A stretch of 64,000 nucleotides of DNA, taken from NCBI GenBank assembly GCA_045837725.1, contig JBEWZL010000123.1, positions 62,001 through 126,000 on the forward strand. The letters are read 5' to 3'. Positions within the stretch are counted from its first letter, which is position 1, and the number at the start of each line of letters is the position of its first letter. Shown piece by piece: positions 1-12,784 of this stretch. The notes under the pieces were generated by a model that had not been told where the DNA came from, searched no databases, and saw only the letters and a list, made by a program, of their open reading frames with translations. The position numbers were made by a program, and so were the translations under genes. This stretch comes from Vermamoeba vermiformis. Lineage: Eukaryota.

Positions 1-232
1 TGTACGGAAACAATTCATTGAATGCCTTCTGAATTTCTCGTGGGTGTTTTCGTGCAGGCATGTCAACGAAGGTTTTGGAATCAAAAAACAGATTCGCTGA
101 TTGAACCGTATCTAAAAGTCTGCCTCCGCAATATAATTCACTTGTGCATAGTGCGTTGCTAAAGCTCCAAAGAGCGGCGAAAAATATAACGGCAACCGCG
201 ATCCGCAATCGCGAGTGGATAAATTGTGACAT
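1..232 (-). CDS. TREH: Trehalase (GH37), 5' part; runs off the window edge
   Basis: Manual translation from ATG at 232: MSQFIHSRLRIAVAVIFFAALWSFSNALCTSELYCGGRLLDTVQSANLFFDSKTFVDMP. A signal peptide is followed by the trehalase N-terminal C-x-x-x-x-YC-x-G-x-LL..VQ..LF-x-DSKTFVDM motif. Not in the ORF track. Confidence 0.9.
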   Translation of the reverse strand, partial: MSQFIHSRLRIAVAVIFFAALWSFSNALCTSELYCGGRLLDTVQSANLFFDSKTFVDMPARKHPREIQKAFNELFPY

Positions 233-872
233 TTCCTACATTGATATCAATATTAAATACGATTACAATTAGTGATTGTATAAATCATTGTAATGACCAA
301 ATTAAATTATTTGAACTAATTTTCTGAAAACTCGTCAATGAAATTATGGAACCACCGATCGGGAATGCTTACGTTGTTTATAAAGAATACACGCTAGTGA
401 ACTATAATCTGCGTTGATAAAGTATTACCAAACGCGTTATGGTTTACTCTGCGCACAGTTCGATTTGACTCACACTTTGTCGGTTTTTGGTTTTGACTCA
501 TGCGGTGGCAATTATTATCAAAAATTCTGCACTACAACCACAACTTACAATAATAATTTGTTACCAACATCAGCACTTAACAAACCTTTCTATAATTAAT
601 TGGCCAATTAATGTCTTTTTTCAGCTGCTTAAATTATCTTCAGTTCTCGATCAAATAATAATGGCCGATGAACAAAACTGTGAACTGTAATTGTTAAGCT
701 ACTTTCTGCTCGTTCTCACGAAGGATGTGGTCTTGCCATAATGATAGGAATACCTACAAAACACGGTCTTGTTTGTTTTCGTTGAATTCGGTCAAACAAA
801 GTCAATCGTGCACGATTTATATGTTAAGGACTTCGAATATCAGTTCAATCAAAATTAAGAACAATCAACAAC

Positions 873-2255
873 ATGTTACATCATCAAAGAAGCGACGGGG
901 CAACTGCCGTCTTGAACAAAGTTTGTTCGATGGTCAACGATCAAGAGGCCAAGAAGTTGGCCGGAAAATACGGCTTGAATGTACAAAATGTATCGTGGGA
1001 AGATAATGCACGCTCGAAGAACAGTTGCTGGGGTCCTTGCATTTCGGACAGTAAGTACATTAAATTAAATTGTATTTTGAATTTTAAATTAAATTCTAAC
1101 TGCCTTGTAGTGACTTTGCAAGTTAATTCTTCAGCCCTGCCAGTTATTAGATCACCGAACTTCACCGACTTGACCTGGGACATCCCCATTGAAAAAATTC
1201 CCCTCGTTGTCGGCAACGAGAAAGGCTCCAACCTGCACGTGGTGACTTTGAAAGAGTATTTGGCCAACTTTAGAAACTACTTGCACAAGCCCAATGGTTG
1301 GAAGGGCAACAAGGTCTCGCTGCTCGCCCCTCGTGACACGCACGTGGTGACCTCGGCACAAGCTTGCTTCCTGCCGATCCCAGCCTCCGAAGACGCCAAG
1401 TTCAACGTGGCTATCTATAATTACCAAACTACAGCGAGCAACCCCGCAGTGCTGGCCATTGTAGCCTCGAGCAAAGGTACCTCGGCACAAGTCTTGGGTC
1501 AACACAGCGGCAAACTGTTCTTCAACAACAACGGTGAAAGATGCTCGTTTGTGGGTCAGCGACTGAGCGACTACCGCATAGAACAAGGCCAGACTCAGAA
1601 CTTGTCAGCACCCATGTCACAAGAAGAGAAGCAGCAGAACATGTTGCTCATCATTCAAGTACCGCTCAAGCAAAAACAAGCCCCACGAAGCTTCTTTGCT
1701 CAAAATGAGTGCTCGTCGTCAATGCCTGTGGTCAAATCAGCTCGATTATCATCAAAAAAGTCGTCCAATGTTGAAGACGCAATTATCAGCATTGGCAAAA
1801 GCGAAGGCCAATTCACTGAAATCGGTGACTTGGAGATTGAACGCGATGAAAGCTTTCCAGTCCGCGTCACAATGCAGTTCTACAAGGCCACTGACAATGG
1901 TGTGGTAAACGAAGAAAACATCAAACAGATCTCCGAACAGATCCAAGGTGCACGAAAGAACGCAGACTTCATTGGCTCACTTGTAGTTGCCGGCACTACC
2001 AACAGACCCACTGAACCCAACTTGCCCAGCAGAACTACGAACAATTACATCGTGCCCCCTTGGTGGACTGAGTTCTGGTTAGTCTACGGCCCTATCTACC
2101 CGCAATACTCCGAACAACAAGCCAAAGACAAGGTGTTCTCAGGCGGCAGATACTCGAATAGCTCTATGAACGATGTGCGCGAACAAATCATCGACATCTT
2201 GGGCTCGGAAAACGATCCAAACAAAAAGGTACAACCTCTTTGGAACGTATTCTAA
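873..2255 (+). CDS. Conserved-looking hypothetical protein (~440 aa) with a WEDxARxKxSCWGPxISDMTL motif; one 60-nt in-frame intron at 1051-1110
   Basis: Long ORF. GTAAGT..CTAAC..TAG at 1051-1110 is AT-rich, and its removal gives ISD-MTLQV. Confidence 0.75.
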   Translation: MLHHQRSDGATAVLNKVCSMVNDQEAKKLAGKYGLNVQNVSWEDNARSKNSCWGPCISDSKYIKLNCILNFKLNSNCLVVTLQVNSSALPVIRSPNFTDLTWDIPIEKIPLVVGNEKGSNLHVVTLKEYLANFRNYLHKPNGWKGNKVSLLAPRDTHVVTSAQACFLPIPASEDAKFNVAIYNYQTTASNPAVLAIVASSKGTSAQVLGQHSGKLFFNNNGERCSFVGQRLSDYRIEQGQTQNLSAPMSQEEKQQNMLLIIQVPLKQKQAPRSFFAQNECSSSMPVVKSARLSSKKSSNVEDAIISIGKSEGQFTEIGDLEIERDESFPVRVTMQFYKATDNGVVNEENIKQISEQIQGARKNADFIGSLVVAGTTNRPTEPNLPSRTTNNYIVPPWWTEFWLVYGPIYPQYSEQQAKDKVFSGGRYSNSSMNDVREQIIDILGSENDPNKKVQPLWNVF

Positions 2256-2469
2256 ACGATTCATTGTTAATACTTGTAAATAAAAATACTTTGTTAAACT
2301 TATACGGAGTGTACGAGTGCATTAATGCGTTTCTGATCTCCGGATCGTGAAGTTCACTACAATTTTCCAAGAATTGACATTACTCTCAACTTTTTGCTGC
2401 AAAGCACCACAACAGGTCAACCGATGTTATTGTAAATAATTATATACATTGTCAATTTATTATATTATC

Positions 2470-5400
2470 ATGGTAAGCGACAAAACAATTATTGGCTCGT
2501 AAATGTGTCAGATCATGGCTTGATTATTAATTAAATATTTTTTAAATAGTCAATTCTGGACGATGATGATGCTTTTTACGAAGAAGCATTTAAAATAGCG
2601 GATCAGCTTTCACAAAATAATGTGAAAAATACCAATAATTACCCAAAAATTTCCCAGCAGCAAACCAACCAATTCTATAACCAAAATAGACCACCCAATA
2701 ATTATTCAGCACCTCCAAAACGCCAATTTGTCACTCCAACTGTTTCAAATGTCAAAACGACCCCCGCGCCACCTCGATCCGTCGGTGCATTTTTCCCGCC
2801 CAGCTCAACTAACAATGCAACCCGCCCAGCACCTGCACCTACCAAAGTAAATCAATATGTACAGCAAACACCTTCCGTCAACAGACCAACACCCAGTTTT
2901 CCCAAAGCGAATCCGAAATTTGCATACAATTCGTTGCACAATAACAATGCACCGAACCCCAATGCAATCAACAATAACCCACCACCTGTTGTGAGGCCAG
3001 CATTTGCTTCGGGTGACAACATAATGAGCCCTAAAGCCTTTAAAGTGGGCACTAAAAAGAACACACAAGCTGGACCTGGCAGCGCACGACCGAAAGGCAA
3101 TCCAGCCATTCAAATTCAACAGAACAACACGCCAACCAAACAACGCGCTATACCGTCTGACTTTCCCGAAGAGGATGTCTTTGACATCGATCAGGACTTG
3201 CTACAGAGCAATAACAAACCGATGCGACAGCAACTGACCTTCAGGAGTGCGTATTCTGGTGACAACAATAGCAACTACACGAACAAGAAAGTCACTAATA
3301 ACAATGTAAATAACACCGCGCACTACTCGAACAACAGCACTGAAAGCGTATTCGATGCTGGTGCGATGAAGAAGGCAGCAACAAAACCACCGACCAAGAA
3401 GGACCCGTTTGGCACTAAATTATCAACGGACTTTCCGCGTGTTGTCGAGAACTATGATGACCCGCCAATAGTCGACGAAGAGGCTATTAAGTCGTGGATT
3501 TATCCGAGTAAGTCACGTGCTCACTAATGTCCCTGAGCCATCTAACTCGGCTTGTATAGGCAACAAACAAATGCGCGACTATCAATACGACATTGTGCAG
3601 AAAGGTCTCTACGAGAACACATTAGTTTGTTTGCCCACAGGTCTCGGAAAAACATTCATCGCCGCAGTTATCATGCTCAATTTCTACCGCTGGTTCCCGT
3701 TAGGCAAGTTAGTGTTCATGGCCCCAACAAAGCCCCTCGTCAATCAGCAGATCGAGGCTTGCCATTCAATTGCCGGTCTGCCGCAATCAGATATGATTCA
3801 GATGGTCGGTACGATGGCTCCAGCTAAGCGAAGAGATTACTGGGCACGAAAGAGAATTTTCTTCGTGACTCCACAGATCTTCGAGAACGATCTCAATTCT
3901 GACATTTGTCCGGGCAAGTCCGTTGTGCTGCTAATTATCGACGAGGCACACAAAGCTCAAGGAAACTTTGCCTATTGCAATGCCGTGACTAAGATGGCAA
4001 CTATCACACCGTTCTTCCGTGTAATCGCTCTTAGTGCTACTCCTGGCAGTAAGCTACTAATTACATATACCGTGGCATTTTAATGATTTTAACACGTGTT
4101 TCTTTCAGAAAATGTCGAAACCATTCAAAGTGTCATTTGTAACTTGCTGATCTCGGGCCTGTGTGTTAGAACTGATGAAGACGATGACGTCAAGAACTAC
4201 ATCCACTCAAAGCAGCTCGATGTGGTCAAAGTGCAACTCGGTCAGGCGATTACACGAGTGCGTGAGGCATTTTTGAAAGTAGCTGCAATCCCGATCAACG
4301 AGCTGGTGAATCAAAACTGTTTCTACACGCGCAATGTTTCAAAGGTACGTGATAGTGCAATTCATTAGCCCCACCTAACCTCCCTCGACAGCTCACTCGT
4401 GGTGCCATATTCAGTGCTTGTCAACGCTATCGTCAAAACCCGCCAAAGAACATTGAAGAGCATCACAAGCCTCAAATCGAAGCACTGTTCGGCGTCAGCA
4501 CCACGCTGTTCCATGCATGGGATCTGTTGAACAATCACGGCTTGTCGCAGTTCCACACAACAATTACTGACCTCAAAAACAAAGAGGCACTCAAGAAGGT
4601 GTCTCGCTTTCACAGGGAACTCGTGCGCACGGAAGAGTTCCAGCACTTAGTGGAAGTGATTGAAGAAGTTGTTGAGTCTGGCAGCATTGATCACCCCAAG
4701 TTAAAAGCAGTTGAAAAGATTATCAATGAGCACTTTGAGGAGAACGAGTCTGAAGAGACACGTGTCATGATCTTCGTGGAGTACAGAGAGTCCGTGGAAC
4801 TGATCACAAACCTGCTGAAGAACTACGAGCCGCGAGTAAAACCTTCACAGTTTATCGGTCAAGCCTCTGGCAAGACTAAAGGGCACGTATCCTCGATCGA
4901 TCTTCCAAATACAGCTTACTAACCGATGATCTAGTCTGTCTCAACGAGAGCAACAGGAAGTACTGCAAAAATTCAAGGCAGGCGATTTCAACACGCTGGT
5001 GGCTACGTGCATTGGTGAAGAAGGTCTCGATATCGGTGAAGTCGATTTGATCATCTGCTACGACGCTACCATATCACCTGTTCGAATCATTCAACGCATG
5101 GGTCGTACTGGCCGTAAACGAGATGGTCGTTGTGGTATGTATACACACCTCTTCACTTATTTTAGGGCAAGTGACTAACTTGCACTAGTGATGCTCATGA
5201 CTGAGGGTCAAGAAGAAGGTGCCTTCCTGCGCACTAACAAAAAGAAGAACACTCTGTTCAAGAGCTTGGTGAAGAATGCCGAGCGTACATACACTTTCTA
5301 CGCCAATAGCCCTCGCATGGTATTTATCCCTGCACCTTTGGAATTATATTCTAACGTGCCAGTAGGTTCCCGACGAAATTGACCCTGAAGTTGAGTTTCG

Positions 5401-8400
5401 TTTAGTTGATGTGGATGAATGGCAAGGAGGAAAAATGACACCTGTCAAAACCAAAACAGCGAAATCAGCTACGAGCGACAAACCTAAAGCCAGCAAGAAG
5501 AAGCTTGCTTTCGATGACCCCGCGAATAATAACAATAACAATAATGGCGATCCTTTAGAAGAAGAGCACGGCGATGACTGGCACTTGAATGATCGAGAAC
5601 ACCAAGTCTATCTGTCTAAATACGTCCCGCCGAACAACATCCGACCAGTGCTGAAGGTCAATCGGTTTATGGAGTACGTCATATCTTTTTTTCCCGTACC
5701 GTCATTAGTATTTAAGTGTTGCTTTGCAGTGACCAAGCGATACCTTCACCAACTTTCCACGTCGGCCATTCCTCGATGTCCCGCGCTCTGACACGTGCCA
5801 TACAATTCTCACAATACGGTGAAAGTGGTGAGGCCTACGCTGCACAGGTATGCCAATCTCAATTAGTTAATCTTCGTATTTGCTAACTCCTCTCAGGTGG
5901 AAGAATTTCTGCAATGGGAAGACGTTGAAATCACTGGCCTCAAGAGTCCCAAACCAGCCTCAAAAGTGTTAACTAAACTCACTACCACCGCCACTAAAAG
6001 ACCAATTGAAGATGTTGTTGATGTTGATGACGACTTCAAGACCTCTCTTCAGCCACCAAAGAAGAAACAAAAGACCGAGCACTCAAAATCACCCGATCCA
6101 GTCACTGTGCAAGATAAGCCAGCAGACACATTCAAAGTGCCCTCTAGTCTACCTAAGGCGACTGTTCAATCCACACTCAAACTCAACTCTAAGCCTGCTG
6201 AAGCAAAAGTACCTGAAAAACCTGTCGAGCAACCCGTTGAAAGCATGGGTGTGAGAAATTTGAAGTCGAAACTGTCAAAATTTGCTTTCAAAGGCGAAGA
6301 AGACTACGAGCCTACACCACAAGTTGAGCCGGTAGTTTCTCGACCACAACCAACGGCACCGCCCAAACCTGTTGTTCAACAAACAGCCATTGCATCGCCT
6401 GCCAAACCCAAACAACCCACGGCCCAACCCGCCCAGCCTCCCAAACAATCCGTCGTTGCTGTACCGATTGTTCAACCAGCACCCATTCCTGTGGTCAATA
6501 TCCCATCTGTGCAACTCGACAAGCCCAAGGACAACACGGAAGTTGCATTGGACCAAGAGCTCGACGACTTCTTCAATTCATCGCAAGACTTTGACCTCGG
6601 CAATATTGTCGACGTACCACCTCCAACATCAACCAACAAGCCCAGCACAAACCAAATTGTACAAAGTGTAAATACACCCCAACTCGCCAAACCCACGCCA
6701 CCCAACACTAACCAGCCAGCGAATACGAGCTTTGAGCTTGATGTCAATATCTCAGCCTCACTGGATATCTTTGACGACGACGCTGGCTACTCACTGCGCA
6801 TACCATCGCCACCGCAGTCACAGCTGCAATCAATGAATGTCGATTCTGAGCCTCCTGCCACGGACCGATCAGCCCTGTCACGAAAACAACAGACACCCAA
6901 GACTGCTCCATTAGCACAGAGCTCAGCACAAGCACCAACTCAGCGAGTCGAAGTACCCACTATGGTCTCTCCCGTCAAACCCCGTGCCCCAGTGCAATCG
7001 TCTCCCATCAAGCTGCCTTCACCGACAAAGTTGAACACCTTGCCACTGGCTCAAGGCAAGTCGTCACCTTTGGACGCAAGCTCCTCGCCCAAATCCAATT
7101 CTAGTCTCTCGCTTTCTCTGCCATCAACACCACAGCCCAAGGCACGACGCAGATTGCAAATGAGTGGACACACTTCCACTGCCCCGTCTCTCTTGACCGC
7201 AAACAAAAAGCGAATCGTTGCCGATGATAGTGATTTAGAAAGTATCTCGGATGTGGACGAAGATGAAGTCATGAAGGATGGCGAAGAGAGCAAAGATGAA
7301 GAGTTAGACGATGACATTGAAATGTCCGACAGTTCTGACAGTTCGCCCCTCAAGCCCAAAAAGCGAGCGTCTTTGAAAAGCTCCTCAGCTTTAATCGAAG
7401 CCGAAGCTGAAGAATCTGGTGAGGACGTTGACTCAGACGAGGAGCGCAGCAACAGTGAAGACGACAGAAACTTGTCTGGCTTTATCACCTCGGACGATGA
7501 CACGTCACCACCGTCGCAGTCAGGCAATGTCAACATGCAAGCCATCTACTTGCGATCCCTGTCAAGCCAGTCTTCTGTGCGACCATCCAGCTTTACCTCT
7601 CCGAAGCGAAATGGCTCCAAGTTCAAATTGAATGAAAAACTATTGAAGCAACGTGAGAAACAGAGAAAACAAAAGAAAAAGAAGCAAGAGATAGTCGACG
7701 ACATTGAAGATGACATCGAGGAAGTCGCAACCAAACCACAGTGGCTTGAGAAACTTGATGCAGCTCTGTAAGTACTATTGTGGGCTTAATGTGGTGTCTA
7801 ACCTCATCCAGTGAAATACAAACGCGCCTGCTAATGGACGAGCCGATCAACGCAGCTCCACTACCAGTCACACCTGTGAAAATTGCCCCAAAGATTGATG
7901 CCCCAGTTGCCTCGCCTGACATGTTTGAGTTCGAAGACTTGTGCTCCGACTCGCCCAAGAACAAGATCACTTCTATTCCCTCTGTGCCGAGCACACTGAA
8001 GTCAGATGTCTTTGTTGCCGTCAACAACGATAGCATTGCAGGACCATTATCTGAGTAAGTCACTTAAAACATGTTTGAGATAAATTTACTAACCACGAAC
8101 AGCTCCTCGGGGTTTATGGACGAAGATGTTGACATGGGTTTCGATGACTTCTCGTTGGGCTTGACATTTGGTGACATGAGTGTTCCCTCCAGCAATGTCG
8201 CTACGAACAACACCAACATACCGTTCCTCACGCCCACCGCACCAAGCACGAACACGCACTCTGCAGCAGACTTTGATGACATTGCTTCGAGTACTATTGA
8301 CTCAACTGCTAGACCACGCACCAAAGAGCCACCTCCAAAGAGAATTGCTGCGCCCGTCGATCACGTGACTGTTGTTTCTTCGCCTGAGGATTTTAACACT

Positions 8401-9095
8401 ACGGTAAGTAGCTCACCTGCGAGAGCGTCACATGTACTTATACGCGTTATAGCTCTCAGCACACTTCGCCTCAAAGAAATCAACAGTACTCACTTCATCG
8501 CTCTTGTCAAGCGAGTACATCCTAGCAGATAACATCGAAGGAAGCATCGCTTTACGACGTCAAACTAGTGGAGTTGATGATGCGAAGTTCTTGCAACGAC
8601 TCAGCGATGTGTCTCAAAAGTACAAGTATTGTTATCTCATCGTTGAAGCAGACGGCAAACTTAGGTAAAATAAGCTAAAGCCGAGGTTAACCTGTCTCAC
8701 ACATTTACTATAGCCCTACACACGAGCGTGTTGTCAATACAGTACTCGAAATCAAATCGAAGGATATCCGCGTCGTATTCTCGAATGACGCGTTGCATAG
8801 TGCCGTCATATTGCATGGTCTAGCCACGTACGAGTCTGGATGCGCCAAACCCATGTCCGATCTGTCAAGCGATTGGCTAATTAAGCACGAAAAATTCCTT
8901 AACTTCCTACTTTCGGTGCCCTCCGTCAACTTCAGCACCGCCGTTCGACTAATGACGCAGTTCAAAACAATGAAGGATGTAATCGCAGCGTCTGTCGATC
9001 TGTTACAAGAACGTATTCCTGGGTTGTCACAAGATACCGCTAAGACGTTATTTAATTATTTTAGACTTAGCATTAGCGGCAGTGTACATAATTAA
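2470..9095 (+). CDS. FANCM: FANCM/Mph1 DEAH helicase with C-terminal degenerate ERCC4 and HhH2 domains (multi-exon)
   Basis: [68 protein letters not shown]. An MM3-like [17 protein letters not shown] motif and a terminal [13 protein letters not shown] HhH are present. The first exon is ATG only (2470-2472). Confidence 0.95.
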
Positions 9096-9234
9096 TAATA
9101 TAAAACTTGAAAATTGACTTAGTTTGTTAAATCAAGCTCTTGCTCGATGGTTGATGCACTACAAGTAACATACACTAAGTGTTTGTATAGTGATAGTTAG
9201 CGTTGGTTTAAATTCCATAATTCAAAAAAAGTAA

Positions 9235-9273
9235 TTTGGCGCCAAATCGTTGCAAAATCCTTTGCGCGCCAAA
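9235..9273. promoter_or_regulatory. Two E2F-type sites (TTTGGCGC) upstream of RAD21
   Basis: TTTGGCGCCAAA at 9235-9246 and TTTGCGCGCCAAA at 9261-9273, 65-100 nt before the ATG. Confidence 0.5.
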
Positions 9274-9336
9274 ACTTTGTCCATCGATCTTGAGCTCCTC
9301 GAAGAACACAAAAGATTGTTATAACATCAATACAAA

Positions 9337-11261
9337 ATGTTTTATGAACAGATGGTCTTGGCCAAGAAAGGGCCTTTGGGAAAGGTCTGGCTGGCAGCTC
9401 ACTGGGAGAAGAAATTGACCAAAGCCCAGATTAAAGAAACAAATATCGTAGATACAGTCAGTAAGTATTATAATGCTATTATTTACAACGATATAATTTT
9501 TTGGTGGACTACTGAATTATAACGATTTTTTCCTCGATCAGAAAAAATTACAAACCCCAAAGCTCCTATGGCCTTGCGTCTGTCTGGCCATTTGCTTCTT
9601 GGAGTAGTCAGAATCTATCATAAGAAAGTCCAATTTTTATACACCGACTGCAGCGAAGCGCTTGTCAAAATTAAAATGGTAAGGCAGCTGATCATCTGTC
9701 GCCGAAATTTAATTTCCGTTTGATTTCAGGCTTTCCGACCTGGTGTTGTTGATATGGAGGAAACTGTTGCTAACTTGAACGCTATTACTTTGCCTGACGC
9801 TCAGTTCGGAACAGATTTCGAGATCACCCTTCCGGAGATTAACTTGGAGTATGTGCTGACGTTAAATTATTCTACAGTAGTACAAATTACTCATACTATG
9901 TAGTGCTTTGCCTGGAACTGAAGAAGGCGTCTTGCAATTGAACACTGCTCGCCGAAGAGAATTGACACTTGTCGCTGAAATTGGTGGTCAACGACGTGAA
10001 GGTAACTGAAATTCATTTATATTCGATACAAGAATCGCCACTAAGTCTCGTTCAGATATGGAGATTTCTCAAAACATTAGTCCCGATGATATTGCCCAAT
10101 TTGCTAACGAGGTAAGCGTCGTGAACATGTCTCCATTCGTTCATGGCCTAATAATTTTCTTTCTACAGGAATTTGGTATCGATTTTGAGCTGCAACCTGA
10201 CGAAGGCCAAGCATTGAATTTGGAAGAGGAACCTGCTACTGGCTTGAGCCGAAGCAGCATTGGTATCGATATCAGCAGCGAACAACCAGAGGAATTTGCT
10301 GCCTCCTTTGAACCTTCAATTGAACCAATGGCTTTGTCCGATGACACCATGCGCAGTCCTTTTGGTGCTACCTTCGGCATGATCGCTGGTACTGGTATGA
10401 AAGAAACATAATATCCGATTCAGCTCCAATAACATTCCTTCAGAGGGACCAATTGACATTCCCGCTATTGGTGAAATGACTCCCGAACAGAGACGTGGTG
10501 TGAAGCGAAAGTTCGTGGCCATCGATCGACGCACTCAACTCTCTTCTGAAGTCATGAAGCGCCGAATTGAAGACCCTTCTGACACTCTCAGAGAGCTTGA
10601 AATTGCTCCCGTCAACAAGAAGCAAATGCTCAGAAAAGAACGTGAAATCGCTGGTCCTGAAGACTTGTTCTTGCGTCCTAATGACGACGATTTGCCAGCC
10701 TTCTTGCGCGATGCATTCACTAGAAACATGAAAACCGACAAGCCCGATCTCCCTGAACTCGGAGAAGAAGAAGCAGGCTCAGATATTGCTCGTCGTGAAG
10801 AAGAGGAACTTATGGAAGCTGACTTTGGTGACTTCGGTGTTCCTCCTGAATTCGAGGAGCCCCGTCGCAGCCCCGTTCGCGAGGAAGAGCCTGAAGAAGA
10901 ACCCTTCGAGGAACTGCCCACTCAACAGAGGATCGAGGAAGAAGTCCAAGACAATATCTCAACTAGCGTCAGTCTTAAGACTCGCAGAATGCAAGCTTTC
11001 TTGGAGCAGTCCTTCTCTACTGACACTGCAGACCTTAACTTCAATAATATGTTCGCTAACAAGCCGCGACGAACTGTTGCATCTGCTTTCTTTGAACTTT
11101 TGGTGTTGAAGTCAAAGGGTTACATCGACATTAACCAACAAGAGCCTTACGGTCCTATCACCGTGACACGAAGTGTAAGTATTTAATAATACGTTAACGC
11201 TAACGCTCATCGCTAATTATCATTCGCGCTCCAGGATCTCTCCGTAAGCACATCCGCTTAA
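9337..11261 (+). CDS. RAD21: Cohesin kleisin RAD21/Scc1 (multi-exon)
   Basis: [45 protein letters not shown]-terminal [31 protein letters not shown]. Last short exon is 11235-11261. Confidence 0.95.
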
Positions 11262-11780
11262 TTTTTGTGTTTAGTGTTTGTAGAGTTAATAAATATTTTG
11301 TACATTATACTTCATGCGTCCTTACACTATTTGTGCACTCAACATCCATTTTGTAGTGGAACCAACCCCAGTTATTACTACATTGGTCGATATTTTTATC
11401 AATTTTATTATGAAGAAATTTCCAATCCGAAACGACTCCAATTGGTCCATTTTTTACAGCGCAGTTTTTTGCCCTTCCAATCTTATCAGAGCAAGTGTTG
11501 ATTCCTGCTCTTCTTTTTTGTCGCTGGTTGCAGAGTCCATAATTGCAATAATATATTATACAAGTATGTAGGAGGAATAGCGGATTACACGATTTATTGT
11601 AAATGCACGCAATCTACGAAGATTAGCACACTATGCTTCACAGCGTTACAACAATATCATAATAATATTGAAGATTTATAATATATCAATTATAATATCG
11701 TGTACACGTTGAATAGTGCTTTTGCGTGCGATTAATGCATTATTATTGAATTATTGAATTAATCCATTTATTTATTTAGA

Positions 11781-12523
11781 ATGAACGCTGAAAAACTTAA
11801 ACTTCTTCAAGCCTCAGTCCGTACTGGTGGCAAGGGTAGCGTTCGCAGAAAGAAGAAGGTAATTGTCTTTATTATTTACTCATTTTATCTTAATTGATCG
11901 TCACTGAGGATCCATGTCAACTGCGATCCTAGAGCTATTAATACCTTTTATTTAAATCCTAAGTGTTACTACCAATAAGCATACAATCCGATATCATAAT
12001 TAATTTCAGAATCTGATAATTTTGTAAAGGTTGTCCACAAGCAAGCCGTCGCTGACGACAAGAAATTGCAAGCCACCTTCAAGCGATTGGGTGTTACCAC
12101 TATCCCCGGAATTGATGAGGTCAACTTGTTCAAGGACGACGGAACCGTCATTCACTTCAAGAACCCCAAGAGTATGTATCTGGATCGTGCATACCATTCT
12201 AATCAGCTTTATTTTAAATTAATTTAAAATGCAATTAGAATTCGATTGATATTGTTTAAAATTTATAAGAGAACCGGATCTGACTTATTTATTTTTTAGT
12301 GCAAGCCAACTTCAACGGTAACACTTACGTTGTCAGCGGCAAGCCCGAAAACAAGACCGTTCAAGATGTTTTGCCCAGCATGATCACCCCCGACTTTTTG
12401 AAGAACCTCGCCGCTCAAATCAAGGAAGGCGGAGCTGGTAATGATGAAGTCCCCGATCTTGTCGAAAACTTCGAAGAAGCAGCCAACAAAGAGGACAAAC
12501 CTGCTGAAGAGAAGAAGGAATAA
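11781..12523 (+). CDS. BTF3: Nascent polypeptide-associated complex beta subunit (3 exons)
   Basis: [30 protein letters not shown]...[37 protein letters not shown]-terminal VPDLVENFE. Confidence 0.95.
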
Positions 12524-12784
12524 AATTGCGACTTTTCCCTTTATAAATAAAACCCAAAATTAACAAAGCAAATGGCGCGCATATTCACCTGAGAAGCGGC
12601 GATCGGGATCCCTATCAGAAGAACAAATTTCCGTCAGCTTCAAGCCCAGCAGCCAAGGCCTTGAGTTCTAAGAGATATGGCGAGGGAAACGTCGCGGACA
12701 ATGTACAACAACCGTAAGTGGATCGAAATTATTTTACATAGTTTACACGTTAAGACACAAATGTACAACTGCCCTGTGACTTCA

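Noticed and set aside
4887-4894. GTATCCTC resembling a U12 5' splice site
   Set aside because: Using it shifts the frame or deletes conserved FANCM residues; the GC donor at 4883 fits exactly.
11890-11990. Hairpin AGGATC/GATCCT and a downstream ACA in the long NAC-beta intron 1 (possible snoRNA)
   Set aside because: No ANANNA box after the hairpin and no convincing second stem; 5' introns are generally long here.
12570-12725. GC-richer stretch between convergent genes, possible ncRNA
   Set aside because: No recognisable snRNA, SRP, RNase P or tRNA motif; I cannot support a call by eye.
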